From Candidatus Thorarchaeota archaeon (GTDB taxonomy: Archaea; Asgardarchaeota; Thorarchaeia; Thorarchaeales; Thorarchaeaceae), in assembly GCA_004376265.1 (NCBI GenBank), contig SOKL01000115.1, positions 12,699-76,698 of the forward strand: a stretch of 64,000 bases of DNA. The letters are read 5' to 3'. Positions 21,070 through 30,094 of this stretch are shown here, piece after piece (positions within the stretch are counted from its first letter, which is position 1; each line of letters starts with the position of its first letter). The position numbers and the translations under genes were made by a program. Below the pieces are notes generated by a model that made no database searches, was not told where the DNA came from, and saw only the letters and a list, made by a program, of their open reading frames with translations.

Positions 21070-21621
21070 TCAAACCAAGTCTTGACTTAGTATTTTGAAA
21101 TCTTCTCTCATCGCTATTTTGATCTTCGGAAACCTGAGAGCTGCTGCTGGATGGTAGGTCATGAAATATCTCTGTGAATCACTCTCGACGAATCGGCCAT
21201 GTGATTCTGAAACTTTTCTGGGACCGAAAAGAGATGAGATTGCTACACCTCCTAGAAGCACAATGACACGAGGTTTGATTAACTCAATCTGTTGTTCTAG
21301 ATAGGGTCTGCAGACATTGATTTCGACCTTCTTTGGTGTTCTGTTCTTCGGGGGTCTTGATTTTAAAATTGATGTGATAAAGATATCATCACGTGCAAGT
21401 TCAATCTCTTCAAGTAAGGAAACTAGTAGTTCACCCGACCTTCCCACAAACGGTCGTCCGGTCTCATCCTCCTCGGCACCAGGTGCTTCTCCAACAAACA
21501 TTACAGATGCGTTACACGGACCCTCACCTGGCACAGCATTAGTGCGTGTTTCATGGAGCGGACAGAGTGTACAATATCTGATCGTTTCATGTAGCTTCTC
21601 GAGTTGTTTACAATTGGTCAT
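21070..21621 (-). CDS. udg: family-4 uracil-DNA glycosylase
   Basis: Motif A FVGEAPGAEED, motif B YHPAAALR, and N-terminal Cys residues (CTLCPLH) typical of the Fe-S family-4 UDGs. Confidence 0.88.
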   Translation of the reverse strand: MTNCKQLEKLHETIRYCTLCPLHETRTNAVPGEGPCNASVMFVGEAPGAEEDETGRPFVGRSGELLVSLLEEIELARDDIFITSILKSRPPKNRTPKKVEINVCRPYLEQQIELIKPRVIVLLGGVAISSLFGPRKVSESHGRFVESDSQRYFMTYHPAAALRFPKIKIAMREDFKILSQDLV

Positions 21622-21678
21622 GTCTAGTAGCTAGACTACATACTTGCGGATAAAGGCCGCGTATTCGTGGTGACCAAT

Positions 21679-23490
21679 TCATTGTGAAGATTCTTGGAAC
21701 GGGAGCCTAGATTCTGAGAATTCTTGAAGAAGGTTCTGAAACTCGCCTTCCATCTTCTTCTCGATAGCTTCCATCGTTTCATTGTATGTATCCCAGGGTG
21801 AGAGTTTCATCCTAGCTATGTTATCTAGAACACTGAGTTCCAAGATTCTACGAACCTGAACACCCATCTGAACAGCCTCAGCCATCCTCTTTGAAAAATC
21901 GATGATGATCTTCAGCATTCTGTAGGTCTTTCCAATCGGACAGTAAGTGTCAATCTCATGAAGCGCACTCTGTGTAAGAAAGTCCTCCTTGATCATTCGC
22001 GCAGCTTCCAGAATCGCACGTTCAGATTCAGGGAGTGCGTCAGGACCTACTAGTTGTACAATCTCTCTCAATTCTTGGTCCTTTTGTAGAAGTGCTAATG
22101 CCTCTTTGACAAGCTCTGGCCAATCTTCACCCATGGTTTCTCTCTGCCATTTTTCAAGAGTACCGAAGTAGAGAGAGTAGCTAGTTAGAGTGTTAATCGC
22201 TGGGAAGAACCTTCGTGCTGCAAGGTCTTTGTCAAGAGCCCAGAACACTTTCACAATTCTCAATGTTGCTTGAGTCACTGGTTCTGAGAAGTCACCACCA
22301 GGAGGCGAAACTGCTCCACATATAGTGATTGAACCAAGTTGGTCGCCGCCGCCACCAAGTGTTTTGACTCTCCCGCCGCGTTCATAGAACTGTGCAAGGC
22401 GTGAACCAAGATAGGCTGGATAGCCCTCCTCAGATGGTAGTTGACCAAGCCTTCCTGATATCTCACGTAATGCTTCTGCCCACCGTGAAGTTGAATCAGC
22501 CATAAGAGCAACGTCGAACCCTTGATCTCTGAAATACTCGGCAATTGTCACCGCAACATAGATTGACGCCTCACGAGCTGCAACAGGCATGTTAGAAGTG
22601 TTAGCAATCAGAACAGTCCGTTCCATCAAGGGGCGTCCTGACTTCGGGTCTTTCAAGTGTGGCCATTCTTCAAGAGCTTCGGTCATTTCGTTTCCACGTT
22701 CGCCACAACCTACGTAGACCACTACTTGTGCGTCAGCCCACTTTGCAAACTGATGAAGTGTCACTGTCTTTCCAGTTCCAAATCCTCCTGGAATTGCACC
22801 AGTACCTCCTTTTGCTTGGGGCATGAATGTATCAATGACTCGTTGACCTGTTATGAGTGGGGTGTCCATCCCAACACGGTCTTTGAATGGCCTTCCTATT
22901 CTGACCGGTGTCCTCTGCATCATCACAACATCATGAACGTCGCCATGTTGATCTTTGACCTTGCAGATTTCTTCTTTGACAGTGTATTCGCCCTTACTGA
23001 CGATTTCCGTAATTTCTCCTTCCACTCCTACCGGAATGAGGATCTTGGATGTGATGATACCGGTTTCAGGTACTGTACCAATAACATCACCTGGTTGAAC
23101 TTTGTCACCTTTCTTTACTGTCGGATTAAATTTCCATTTCTTCTCTTTGTTAAGACCCTCAACATTTAGACCTCTAGTGATAAAGTCGCCTGACAGTTTT
23201 CTCAGGTCTGGTAAGGGTCTCTGAATACCATCATAAATCGACCCGAGTAGTCCCGGACCAAGCTCTACTGAGAGAGAGTCCCCAGTGGATTTGACTGGTT
23301 CACCTGGAGCAAGACCAGAAGTCTCTTCATAGACTTGCGCTGTAAACTCAGTTTCTCCAACTTCGATTACTTCTCCAATCAGCTGCTGGTTTCCTACTCG
23401 TACCACTTCGTGCATACGTACTCTAGGTATTCCAGAGCATTGTACTACAGGTCCTGCAATGCTTTCAATTCGCCCTGTTACTTCTGTCAA
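21679..23490 (-). CDS. atpA: A/V-type ATP synthase catalytic subunit A
   Basis: P-loop GGFGTGKTV. The N-terminal beta-barrel IESIAGPVVQ is present. 603 aa, so no intein-sized insertion. TTG start. Confidence 0.95.
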   Translation of the reverse strand: MTEVTGRIESIAGPVVQCSGIPRVRMHEVVRVGNQQLIGEVIEVGETEFTAQVYEETSGLAPGEPVKSTGDSLSVELGPGLLGSIYDGIQRPLPDLRKLSGDFITRGLNVEGLNKEKKWKFNPTVKKGDKVQPGDVIGTVPETGIITSKILIPVGVEGEITEIVSKGEYTVKEEICKVKDQHGDVHDVVMMQRTPVRIGRPFKDRVGMDTPLITGQRVIDTFMPQAKGGTGAIPGGFGTGKTVTLHQFAKWADAQVVVYVGCGERGNEMTEALEEWPHLKDPKSGRPLMERTVLIANTSNMPVAAREASIYVAVTIAEYFRDQGFDVALMADSTSRWAEALREISGRLGQLPSEEGYPAYLGSRLAQFYERGGRVKTLGGGGDQLGSITICGAVSPPGGDFSEPVTQATLRIVKVFWALDKDLAARRFFPAINTLTSYSLYFGTLEKWQRETMGEDWPELVKEALALLQKDQELREIVQLVGPDALPESERAILEAARMIKEDFLTQSALHEIDTYCPIGKTYRMLKIIIDFSKRMAEAVQMGVQVRRILELSVLDNIARMKLSPWDTYNETMEAIEKKMEGEFQNLLQEFSESRLPFQESSQ

Positions 23491-23515
23491 AGTTCACAAC
23501 TCCGTATCAATCATG

Positions 23516-23839
23516 TTAGATGTTTATCTCAATTCCAACAGCTCTGCGTATCAATTCTTTTAGCACTGTTTCATACCCACCAGTGGTCCCATCTCTATCA
23601 GGAATCAGTAAGATAACTGGAACTGGTGATTGGGAGAGCTCTACAATGGTATCTTCTACCTCTGCGGCTAGAGGCTCTGTAATCATCACAAGACCCATTG
23701 TGGGGTCTCGAAAGTAGTGGTATAGCGAATCACGAGTTTCTGCTGGTGATTTTGGAATTGAACATTCACTCACTCCAACCAACCGAAACCCGGTGACCGT
23801 ATCTCTGTCACCAATTACTGCTATTTTATCACTGGACAT
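23516..23839 (-). CDS. atpF: A/V-type ATP synthase subunit F
   Basis: MSSDKIAVIGDRDTVTGFRLVGV is the typical F-subunit N-terminus. 107 aa, ending 25 nt upstream of atpA. Confidence 0.85.
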   Translation of the reverse strand: MSSDKIAVIGDRDTVTGFRLVGVSECSIPKSPAETRDSLYHYFRDPTMGLVMITEPLAAEVEDTIVELSQSPVPVILLIPDRDGTTGGYETVLKELIRRAVGIEINI

Positions 23840-23923
23840 TGAAGATTACCACTGAAGTCGGACTTAAGCTGATGCCTAACTGTCCTCTAAAAAGCATTTG
23901 GAATAGGAGTGAGAGATAAGAAT

Positions 23924-24409
23924 CTAGCTTGTGAATTGAACAATGATGTCTTGTTCTTCAACCAAAGTCCAACAATACAGACACTTTAGCTGAATAGGTT
24001 TTTGAGAAACAACCTCATACTTGCTGAGGATTGGTTCGCGTTCCTTGTTTGTCACGCACCTTTGATTTGGACACTCAAAGATACCAGTAATCGTTTCAGG
24101 TAACTCCACTCGGGTTTTTTTGATGATCTTGAAATCTTCAACCAGGTTGATTGTAGCCTCAGGCGCAACAAGTGCAATCCGAGCTACTTCCTCATCTGCA
24201 AGAAGTCGATGCTCGACTTTAACTATGTCCTTCTTCCCGATTTTTGAGCTGCTAATGTTCATAGCTAAAGAGACTATGTTACCGTCTTCACCTGTAATTC
24301 CAAGTATCTTGAGCACTTCTAGTGCTTTTCCAGCCCTGATATGATCAATCACTGTTCCATCATGAATCTTTACGATTCTGATTTTTTCAGCACCAACTTT
24401 CTCGGACAT
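23924..24409 (-). CDS. pyrI: aspartate carbamoyltransferase regulatory chain
   Basis: IHDGTVIDHI is present. The C-terminal zinc domain has Cx4C (CPNQRC) and CxxC (CLYC). About 160 aa. Confidence 0.9.
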   Translation of the reverse strand: MSEKVGAEKIRIVKIHDGTVIDHIRAGKALEVLKILGITGEDGNIVSLAMNISSSKIGKKDIVKVEHRLLADEEVARIALVAPEATINLVEDFKIIKKTRVELPETITGIFECPNQRCVTNKEREPILSKYEVVSQKPIQLKCLYCWTLVEEQDIIVQFTS

Positions 24410-24536
24410 GACCAATCACACGCAGGTTTGTCCTATAGGGAATTGGGATTTAGACTTTCCCCCATTGTTGTCAATCTTGATTCAGAGGCGAAGGTTGATA
24501 TGGATAGTAGAAGGAGCACTCCCAGAAGACGGTGAT

Positions 24537-25886
24537 ATGGTCTTGGTCTTAGAAGGTCTTGGAAAATCATTAAACTCGGCCCTGAAGAAACTCTTCGGAG
24601 CTAATGTTATTGACGAAGAGCTAGTGAAAGAGCTAGTGAAAGACATCCAACGTGCACTACTAGTCGCAGACGTAGATGTTAATCTCGTTATGGCAATAAC
24701 TGAGAGAGTAGAGGAAGAGGCCTTAGATGAAACCTTGCCCAGAGGTGTTTCACGTCGTGAACATATCATCCGGGTTGTATGGGACACATTAGCATTTTTC
24801 CTTGGAGAGAAGGCTGTTCCATTAACAATCAACCCTGGAAAACCAAACCTTGTCATGATGGTAGGCATTCAGGGTTCTGGAAAGACAACAACTATCGGTA
24901 AACTAGCTCGATACTATCAAAAAAGAGGAATAAAGACTGGAGTGATTTGTGCAGATAACTTCAGACCAGGAGCCTATAGCCAGTTGGAACAGCTAGCCGA
25001 GAGATCGAATGTTCCCTTCTGGGGTGATGAGGATGAAAAAGACGCCTCCAAATTGGCAAAGAAAGGTGTCAAGGAGATGCAGAAGAAAGGCATTGAACTT
25101 ATCCTCTTGGACACTTCAGGTAGACATAGAGAAGAAACAGGACTCATCAAGGAGATGCGTGACATCTCAAAGAGCGTAAAACCTCAAGAGATAGTGTTAG
25201 TCATTGACGGTACTCTTGGTCAACAGGCAGGAGTTCAAGCAGCAGCTTTCAAGAAAGCAACAGACATAGGGTCCATCATAGTCACCAAACTTGATGGTGG
25301 CGCAAAGGGTGGTGGTGCAATTTCAGCTGTCGCAGCGACTCAAGCACCTATCAAATTCATCGGAATAGGAGAAGGAATGGATGCGATTGAAATCTTCAAT
25401 CCATCGAAATTTGCTGGTCGGCTTCTTGGTATGTCTGATATTAAAGGACTAATTGAGAAGGTACGAGATGCTCAGATTGAGGTTGAAGAAGATGCTGCAA
25501 AGCGAATCATGAAGGGACAGTTCTCGCTGAAAGATATGATGGCTCAGATGAAGCAATTGAAGAAAATGGGACCCATTGGAAAAGTGATGGAGATGTTAGG
25601 CCTCCAGTACAAACTTCCGGAAGGTATGGCTGAAATTCAGGAAGAGAACATGAAGCGATGGGAGGTCATAATGAATTCAATGACTAAAGCGGAACTAGTA
25701 GAACCCAAATTAATCAAATCATCTAGGATAAAGAGAATTTCGAAAGGTTCTGGAACCACTCAAAAAGATGTGAGAGACCTCCTGAAGCAACATGAGCAAA
25801 TGAAGAAGATGATGAAGCAAATGGGAAAGCAGCGGAGAGGTCGGAAAGGAGGTATTCCAGGCTTTCCAGGTTTGCAGGGAATGTGA
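24537..25886 (+). CDS. srp54: signal recognition particle protein SRP54
   Basis: GIQGSGKTTTIGKLA, DTSGR and VTKLDG GTPase motifs, with a Met-rich M domain. ATG 24537 gives the canonical N-terminus MVLVLEGLGKSL. Confidence 0.95.
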   Translation: MVLVLEGLGKSLNSALKKLFGANVIDEELVKELVKDIQRALLVADVDVNLVMAITERVEEEALDETLPRGVSRREHIIRVVWDTLAFFLGEKAVPLTINPGKPNLVMMVGIQGSGKTTTIGKLARYYQKRGIKTGVICADNFRPGAYSQLEQLAERSNVPFWGDEDEKDASKLAKKGVKEMQKKGIELILLDTSGRHREETGLIKEMRDISKSVKPQEIVLVIDGTLGQQAGVQAAAFKKATDIGSIIVTKLDGGAKGGGAISAVAATQAPIKFIGIGEGMDAIEIFNPSKFAGRLLGMSDIKGLIEKVRDAQIEVEEDAAKRIMKGQFSLKDMMAQMKQLKKMGPIGKVMEMLGLQYKLPEGMAEIQEENMKRWEVIMNSMTKAELVEPKLIKSSRIKRISKGSGTTQKDVRDLLKQHEQMKKMMKQMGKQRRGRKGGIPGFPGLQGM

Positions 25887-25906
25887 TACCCCCATTATAG
25901 AATGTG

Positions 25907-26365
25907 ATGTTCGTGCGCCGCTTTCTTATTCTGTTCAAAGAGATTCCAATCGATAGAAGTTCAGTAAAGTCTGGACTAAACAGTCCTGAAGTGGTCACTG
26001 CGTGTCGATGTGTTAATGTAGGATTATTCGTATCAGGTGATCTTCGACGAAACGTGATTGTATCCTTAGCAGTAGGAAGTGTAGAAGATTTGAAGGTAGT
26101 ATCATTTCCAGGAAACTCACTAAGAAGGGTTTCACCAGACGAGAGGTCGATCTCCTTCTTCCTGCTAAAAGCGATTGAAAAGGCAAAGGATCTTGAACCT
26201 GAAAAATCACTTACAATGGATAATGGAATTGAGTTAATGCGGTCATCATTTGCTGAACTTGTTGAGTTGTGGGGTTCTAGTCTCGTTCAAGTACCCTCAT
26301 CAAGTCCAGAGCGATTTATCCTTAAAACTAATCTATCCTCTGACAGGATGGAAAACACACCATGA
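25907..26365 (+). CDS. trmY: tRNA (pseudouridine54-N1)-methyltransferase TrmY-like SPOUT protein
   Basis: VVTACRCVNVGLFVSGDLRRNV...FPGNSLRRVSPDERSISFFLLKA matches the TrmY pattern from memory (R.D.V.RC...ALF.SH..RR.., RPDERS). Confidence 0.7.
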   Translation: MFVRRFLILFKEIPIDRSSVKSGLNSPEVVTACRCVNVGLFVSGDLRRNVIVSLAVGSVEDLKVVSFPGNSLRRVSPDERSISFFLLKAIEKAKDLEPEKSLTMDNGIELMRSSFAELVELWGSSLVQVPSSSPERFILKTNLSSDRMENTP

Positions 26366-26400
26366 AGAAAGCTTCATAATATCAGCCTTGTAGTTTCTGA

Positions 26401-27606
26401 ATGGAATCAGTCATTGAGTGTGAATCTTTGCCTACCAATGTAACTCCCGAATTCGATAGACAAAGGTTAATCTACGAGGAAACGGAAGACCTCGCTCAGC
26501 GGATAGTAGAGCTTGAGAAACTCCTATCTCTAGCACCCAGACATAAGGGTGCAGAGAGAATGAAGGGGGATTATAGGAAGAAGTTAGCAACTCTCAAAGC
26601 TCAGTTAGATAAGAAACGTGACCTAGATCGTGCTCGTCGAAGTAGTGGTAGTGCAGAAGAGGGAGTTGTCCGAAAGGAGGGTGCAGGACAAATCTGCCTC
26701 ATAGGCATTACCAATTGTGGAAAATCCACACTCATCAATGCAGTTACGAACGCAGAATTTGATGTAGGAAACTATCCCTTCACAACACCGATTCCAACCC
26801 CAGCCATGTTGATTCTTGAAGACATCAATATTCAGCTAGTTGAACTTCCAGGAGTCTTTAATGGCAGTCACGAGGCAGGGATTGGTCGACAAGCCCTAGC
26901 AGTGGCTCGTAACTCTGACTGTATTGCTTTAGTTGTTGACCTCTCTCAAGATATTGAGCCACAGATGAGTATCATCCTTAAGGAGTTGGATGCAGCAAGA
27001 ATTCGTCTCAACAAAGAGAAGTCTGCGATTAGAATCGAGAGAGTGGGACTCGGAGGTCACATGATCTATGGTATCCAAAATTATCAGGGCGACATTGAAG
27101 AGGTGAAAGAATACCTCATAGCTCGCAAAATTACGAACATAATCGTTCGGTTTCAAAAACCCTCAACCTTCGACCAGCTTGTTGATGCCATGGACTCCAG
27201 TGTTGCGTATGTACGTGCAATGATTATAGCTACAAAAGGTGACTCAGAGGGGTCTGAAACAAGATTCAAAGAACTAGAAGAAAAATACAGTCATCGGTTT
27301 GACATAGTCCCGATATCTGCAGAGAATGATGAGAACCTCGATGGGATGAGCTGGTCATTCTATGAACATCTCGACATACTGCGAGTATATACGAAGATTC
27401 CCGGGAAAAAGAGTGAGGTCAAGCCAATTGTGCTTCCTGAAGGCTCTATCGTGGAAGATGCTGCACGAAAGGTTCACAAAGAATTGTTTGTTGAGAGATT
27501 TCGTGCTGCAGTCATACTCAGGGCTAATGATAAGATCAAGAGAAGAACCGTAGGCCTAAACTATCCTCTTCAGGACGGAGATATATTACAGCTAGCCCAC
27601 AGGTAG
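26401..27606 (+). CDS. DRG/Obg-family GTPase with C-terminal TGS domain
   Basis: G1 GITNCGKS, YPFTT, G3-like ELPG, and G4 TKGD are present. The N-terminal coiled segment is DRG-like. C-terminal TGS-like ..VGLNYPLQDGDILQL. Confidence 0.85.
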   Translation: MESVIECESLPTNVTPEFDRQRLIYEETEDLAQRIVELEKLLSLAPRHKGAERMKGDYRKKLATLKAQLDKKRDLDRARRSSGSAEEGVVRKEGAGQICLIGITNCGKSTLINAVTNAEFDVGNYPFTTPIPTPAMLILEDINIQLVELPGVFNGSHEAGIGRQALAVARNSDCIALVVDLSQDIEPQMSIILKELDAARIRLNKEKSAIRIERVGLGGHMIYGIQNYQGDIEEVKEYLIARKITNIIVRFQKPSTFDQLVDAMDSSVAYVRAMIIATKGDSEGSETRFKELEEKYSHRFDIVPISAENDENLDGMSWSFYEHLDILRVYTKIPGKKSEVKPIVLPEGSIVEDAARKVHKELFVERFRAAVILRANDKIKRRTVGLNYPLQDGDILQLAHR

Positions 27607-27615
27607 GGATTTTCA

Positions 27616-28353
27616 TTGGTAGAGTTTCCAAACTTGGTTGTGGTCCTTGTTGACCCTCAGAATCCAGGAAATGTTGGTTTTGTAACGAGAGTGTTAGCTA
27701 ATTTTGGAGTGCATGAATTAAGAATAGTAGGAGAGGACCCTCGTAAAGAGCAGTTCGCACAGATGTTCTCAGTACATGCTCATGACATTTTACACAAAGC
27801 AATCATCTTTGACGACCTAAAATCAGCACTTACTGATGTTGATTTAGCTTGGGCGTCAAGTGCAAGAGCTGGTAGAAATCATAGTGTCACACGGGCACTG
27901 GTCCCTCTTGCAGAATTGCCGGACCCAAATTCGCTGGATGGTCGTATCGCTCTAGTCTTTGGAAGAGAAAGTACTGGACTGTTCAATGATGAAATTGCAC
28001 TATGTGATCTTGCATTCACTGTTCCGACATCAAAGGAATATCCCAGTCTCAATCTCAGCCACGCTGTGTCAGTTGTGCTCTATCATCTTTTCTCAAAGTA
28101 CGCCCCCGAGGAACCTCGCCAACTCTCAGAAGCCAGAGCCGCAACACATCAAGAACGAGAGCAAGTGTCCAAATTCTTTGATGATGTTGTGGATCAACTA
28201 AGCCTGAAAGAGCATAGAATACCAATCGCAAAACAGGTTTTCAGAAATCTTCTTGGAAGAGCCTATATGACAGGAAGAGAGGTCGCGACTCTAACTGGTA
28301 TAGTGCGACGTATTAGTGAACTTGTAAATGACAACGAGAAGTTGGAAGACTAG
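27616..28353 (+). CDS. SpoU/TrmJ-like RNA 2'-O-methyltransferase
   Basis: VVVLVDPQNPGNVGFVTRVLANFGV and LVFGRESTGL..LNLSHAVSVVLY are SPOUT class motifs. TTG start. Confidence 0.8.
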   Translation: MVEFPNLVVVLVDPQNPGNVGFVTRVLANFGVHELRIVGEDPRKEQFAQMFSVHAHDILHKAIIFDDLKSALTDVDLAWASSARAGRNHSVTRALVPLAELPDPNSLDGRIALVFGRESTGLFNDEIALCDLAFTVPTSKEYPSLNLSHAVSVVLYHLFSKYAPEEPRQLSEARAATHQEREQVSKFFDDVVDQLSLKEHRIPIAKQVFRNLLGRAYMTGREVATLTGIVRRISELVNDNEKLED

Positions 28354-28889
28354 ATTCCATAACCCATCGTGCGTTTCAGTTCAGGATCGATTTTATCGAA
28401 GACTATCCTACACGGAGTGGGCATCTTTGGAGCTGCTTTCTTCAGCGCTTGCCTTGCTTCCTTGATGTGCTCTCTATTAACACGGATTGTGATCAATGAT
28501 TGACCAGGTCTGACCCGTGCGGCGATTCCAATCACTTTACCCCAAGCTTTTCTCATTCCATCCTGTACACGGTCTGCGCCTGCTCCTGAAATCATCTTGT
28601 TCTCGCGAAGATAGTGGTAAGGTTTCACTCGTATCCTAAGGTGATAGTTCGTCCTTCCTGTAGTTTTGGTCATATCCCTGTTAGAAGCAACACGTGCTGC
28701 CTCAAGCGCTTGGTGTCTGATTTGACACCTCTCAAGACCAACCAGTGAGAGTTCTACTTCGAAGTCCCCCTTAGTGTTTCCCATGTCAAAACTGACTATT
28801 CTGCTTGCGGGTTGTCTGTGAATGTACTTCTTTCTCACAAACGCTGGGCGATCACACTCGCGGTAGCAATGTCCTGGACGTTTTCCCAT
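28350..28889 (-). CDS. rpl10e: 50S ribosomal protein uL16 (L10e)
   Basis: MGKRPGHCYRE...RIVSFDMGN is the characteristic L10e N-terminus. Confidence 0.93.
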   Translation of the reverse strand: MGKRPGHCYRECDRPAFVRKKYIHRQPASRIVSFDMGNTKGDFEVELSLVGLERCQIRHQALEAARVASNRDMTKTTGRTNYHLRIRVKPYHYLRENKMISGAGADRVQDGMRKAWGKVIGIAARVRPGQSLITIRVNREHIKEARQALKKAAPKMPTPCRIVFDKIDPELKRTMGYGI

Positions 28890-28991
28890 TGATATCACCT
28901 GATTGGTTTACGGTCGATAACATGACCGGACTACACCGAACCCGCGGGGATTTCAATAAAAGGATTATGGACTGGCTATGTGGGTTAAGTA

Positions 28992-29855
28992 CTATCGCAT
29001 GATTCCGCTTCTCTTGACCACAACAACAACCATCACCAGGATTCCAATTGTAATTGATACGGCAATTCCTACTAGCATGAGATCCGATGGAGTGACCTCT
29101 GGCAAAAATGGTTGGTTGTGGATGGCTGTGAACTGAACATAATCATCTTCGAACACATCCATGGTCAAGTCCCAAGTTGCAGTCCTCCAAGGAGGATTAT
29201 TGTCAACTGTCACAAAATCATTAGGTGAAAAGGAGCAACTCTGAAGCAAAGAGGGATTCTTCATATTCATTATGATTACCTCATGCGTTGTTCCATTCCA
29301 CGAGTGGGCAGTAGCAACAAAGTATTGGAATGTGAAACCATTTTCTGCAGTACGGGATTCAAAGTCCATTAGAAATACGATATCTGTCTGTTTGTCTGCT
29401 TCAAGTGAACAATTGAATGTGATGAAATCTAGAAAATCCCAGCGTGCGGTTTGTGTTTCATTTTCACTAACAAGTTCATCATAATGAAGAATGACATGTG
29501 GGAGTAGTGTTTCGTTCTCAAGAATCTGAATTTCAGAAATATTACTCAACCAAGTATTTGGGCAAGCCAATCCAATTGTTGCTAGCTGAGTTTCTGGACT
29601 TAGGAAAGAGAATGTCGCGTTCATTGTGATATCATACGATACCCAAGCTCCTCCGGCTAGCGAGGGTTCTATAGTGAAGTTCACAAGGGCTTCTGGCATT
29701 GACATATTGTTGTCCAAGATCAGATATCCATAGGTTTGTTCAATGTATATGGCAATTGGATTCGCAGTGGTTTCGTGGATAACGAAATTAGGTAGTGAGC
29801 TTACAAGGAGACTAACTATGAACAATGTAACAGAAATTTGCCCCTTACTCGTCAA
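28992..29855 (-). CDS. secreted, C-terminally membrane-anchored protein rich in N-glycosylation sequons
   Basis: It has an N-terminal signal-like helix and a C-terminal TM segment followed by a basic stop-transfer sequence (VVVVKRSG). There are many NxS/T sites (NMS, NFT, NAT, NIS, NET, NCS, NGT). TTG start. Confidence 0.55.
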   Translation of the reverse strand: MTSKGQISVTLFIVSLLVSSLPNFVIHETTANPIAIYIEQTYGYLILDNNMSMPEALVNFTIEPSLAGGAWVSYDITMNATFSFLSPETQLATIGLACPNTWLSNISEIQILENETLLPHVILHYDELVSENETQTARWDFLDFITFNCSLEADKQTDIVFLMDFESRTAENGFTFQYFVATAHSWNGTTHEVIIMNMKNPSLLQSCSFSPNDFVTVDNNPPWRTATWDLTMDVFEDDYVQFTAIHNQPFLPEVTPSDLMLVGIAVSITIGILVMVVVVVKRSGIMR

Positions 29856-30094
29856 CTAGTGACACCTTCTACGCGAACACCAAGGAAGTAGTTCCAGTCA
29901 CTTGATAATGAATCTATTCGTGTACAAAATAGCACATCTAAAGGAAAATTGGGTAAGAAAACGAAAAGATGATGCATTGGCAACCTTTCGAAATCATATC
30001 ATTGCAATGGATTTCGTAAGGCTTTGTTTTGGAGTGTATAATATTAGAAAAGAAAGCAGTTGTAGCTGGTGTTCTGTCCATCATAGAAGACTGA

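Noticed and set aside
24408-24536. The 43-codon N-terminal extension of SRP54 in the longest ORF.
   Set aside because: It would overlap the divergent pyrI start. The extension is not SRP54-like, and ATG 24537 yields the canonical N-domain start.
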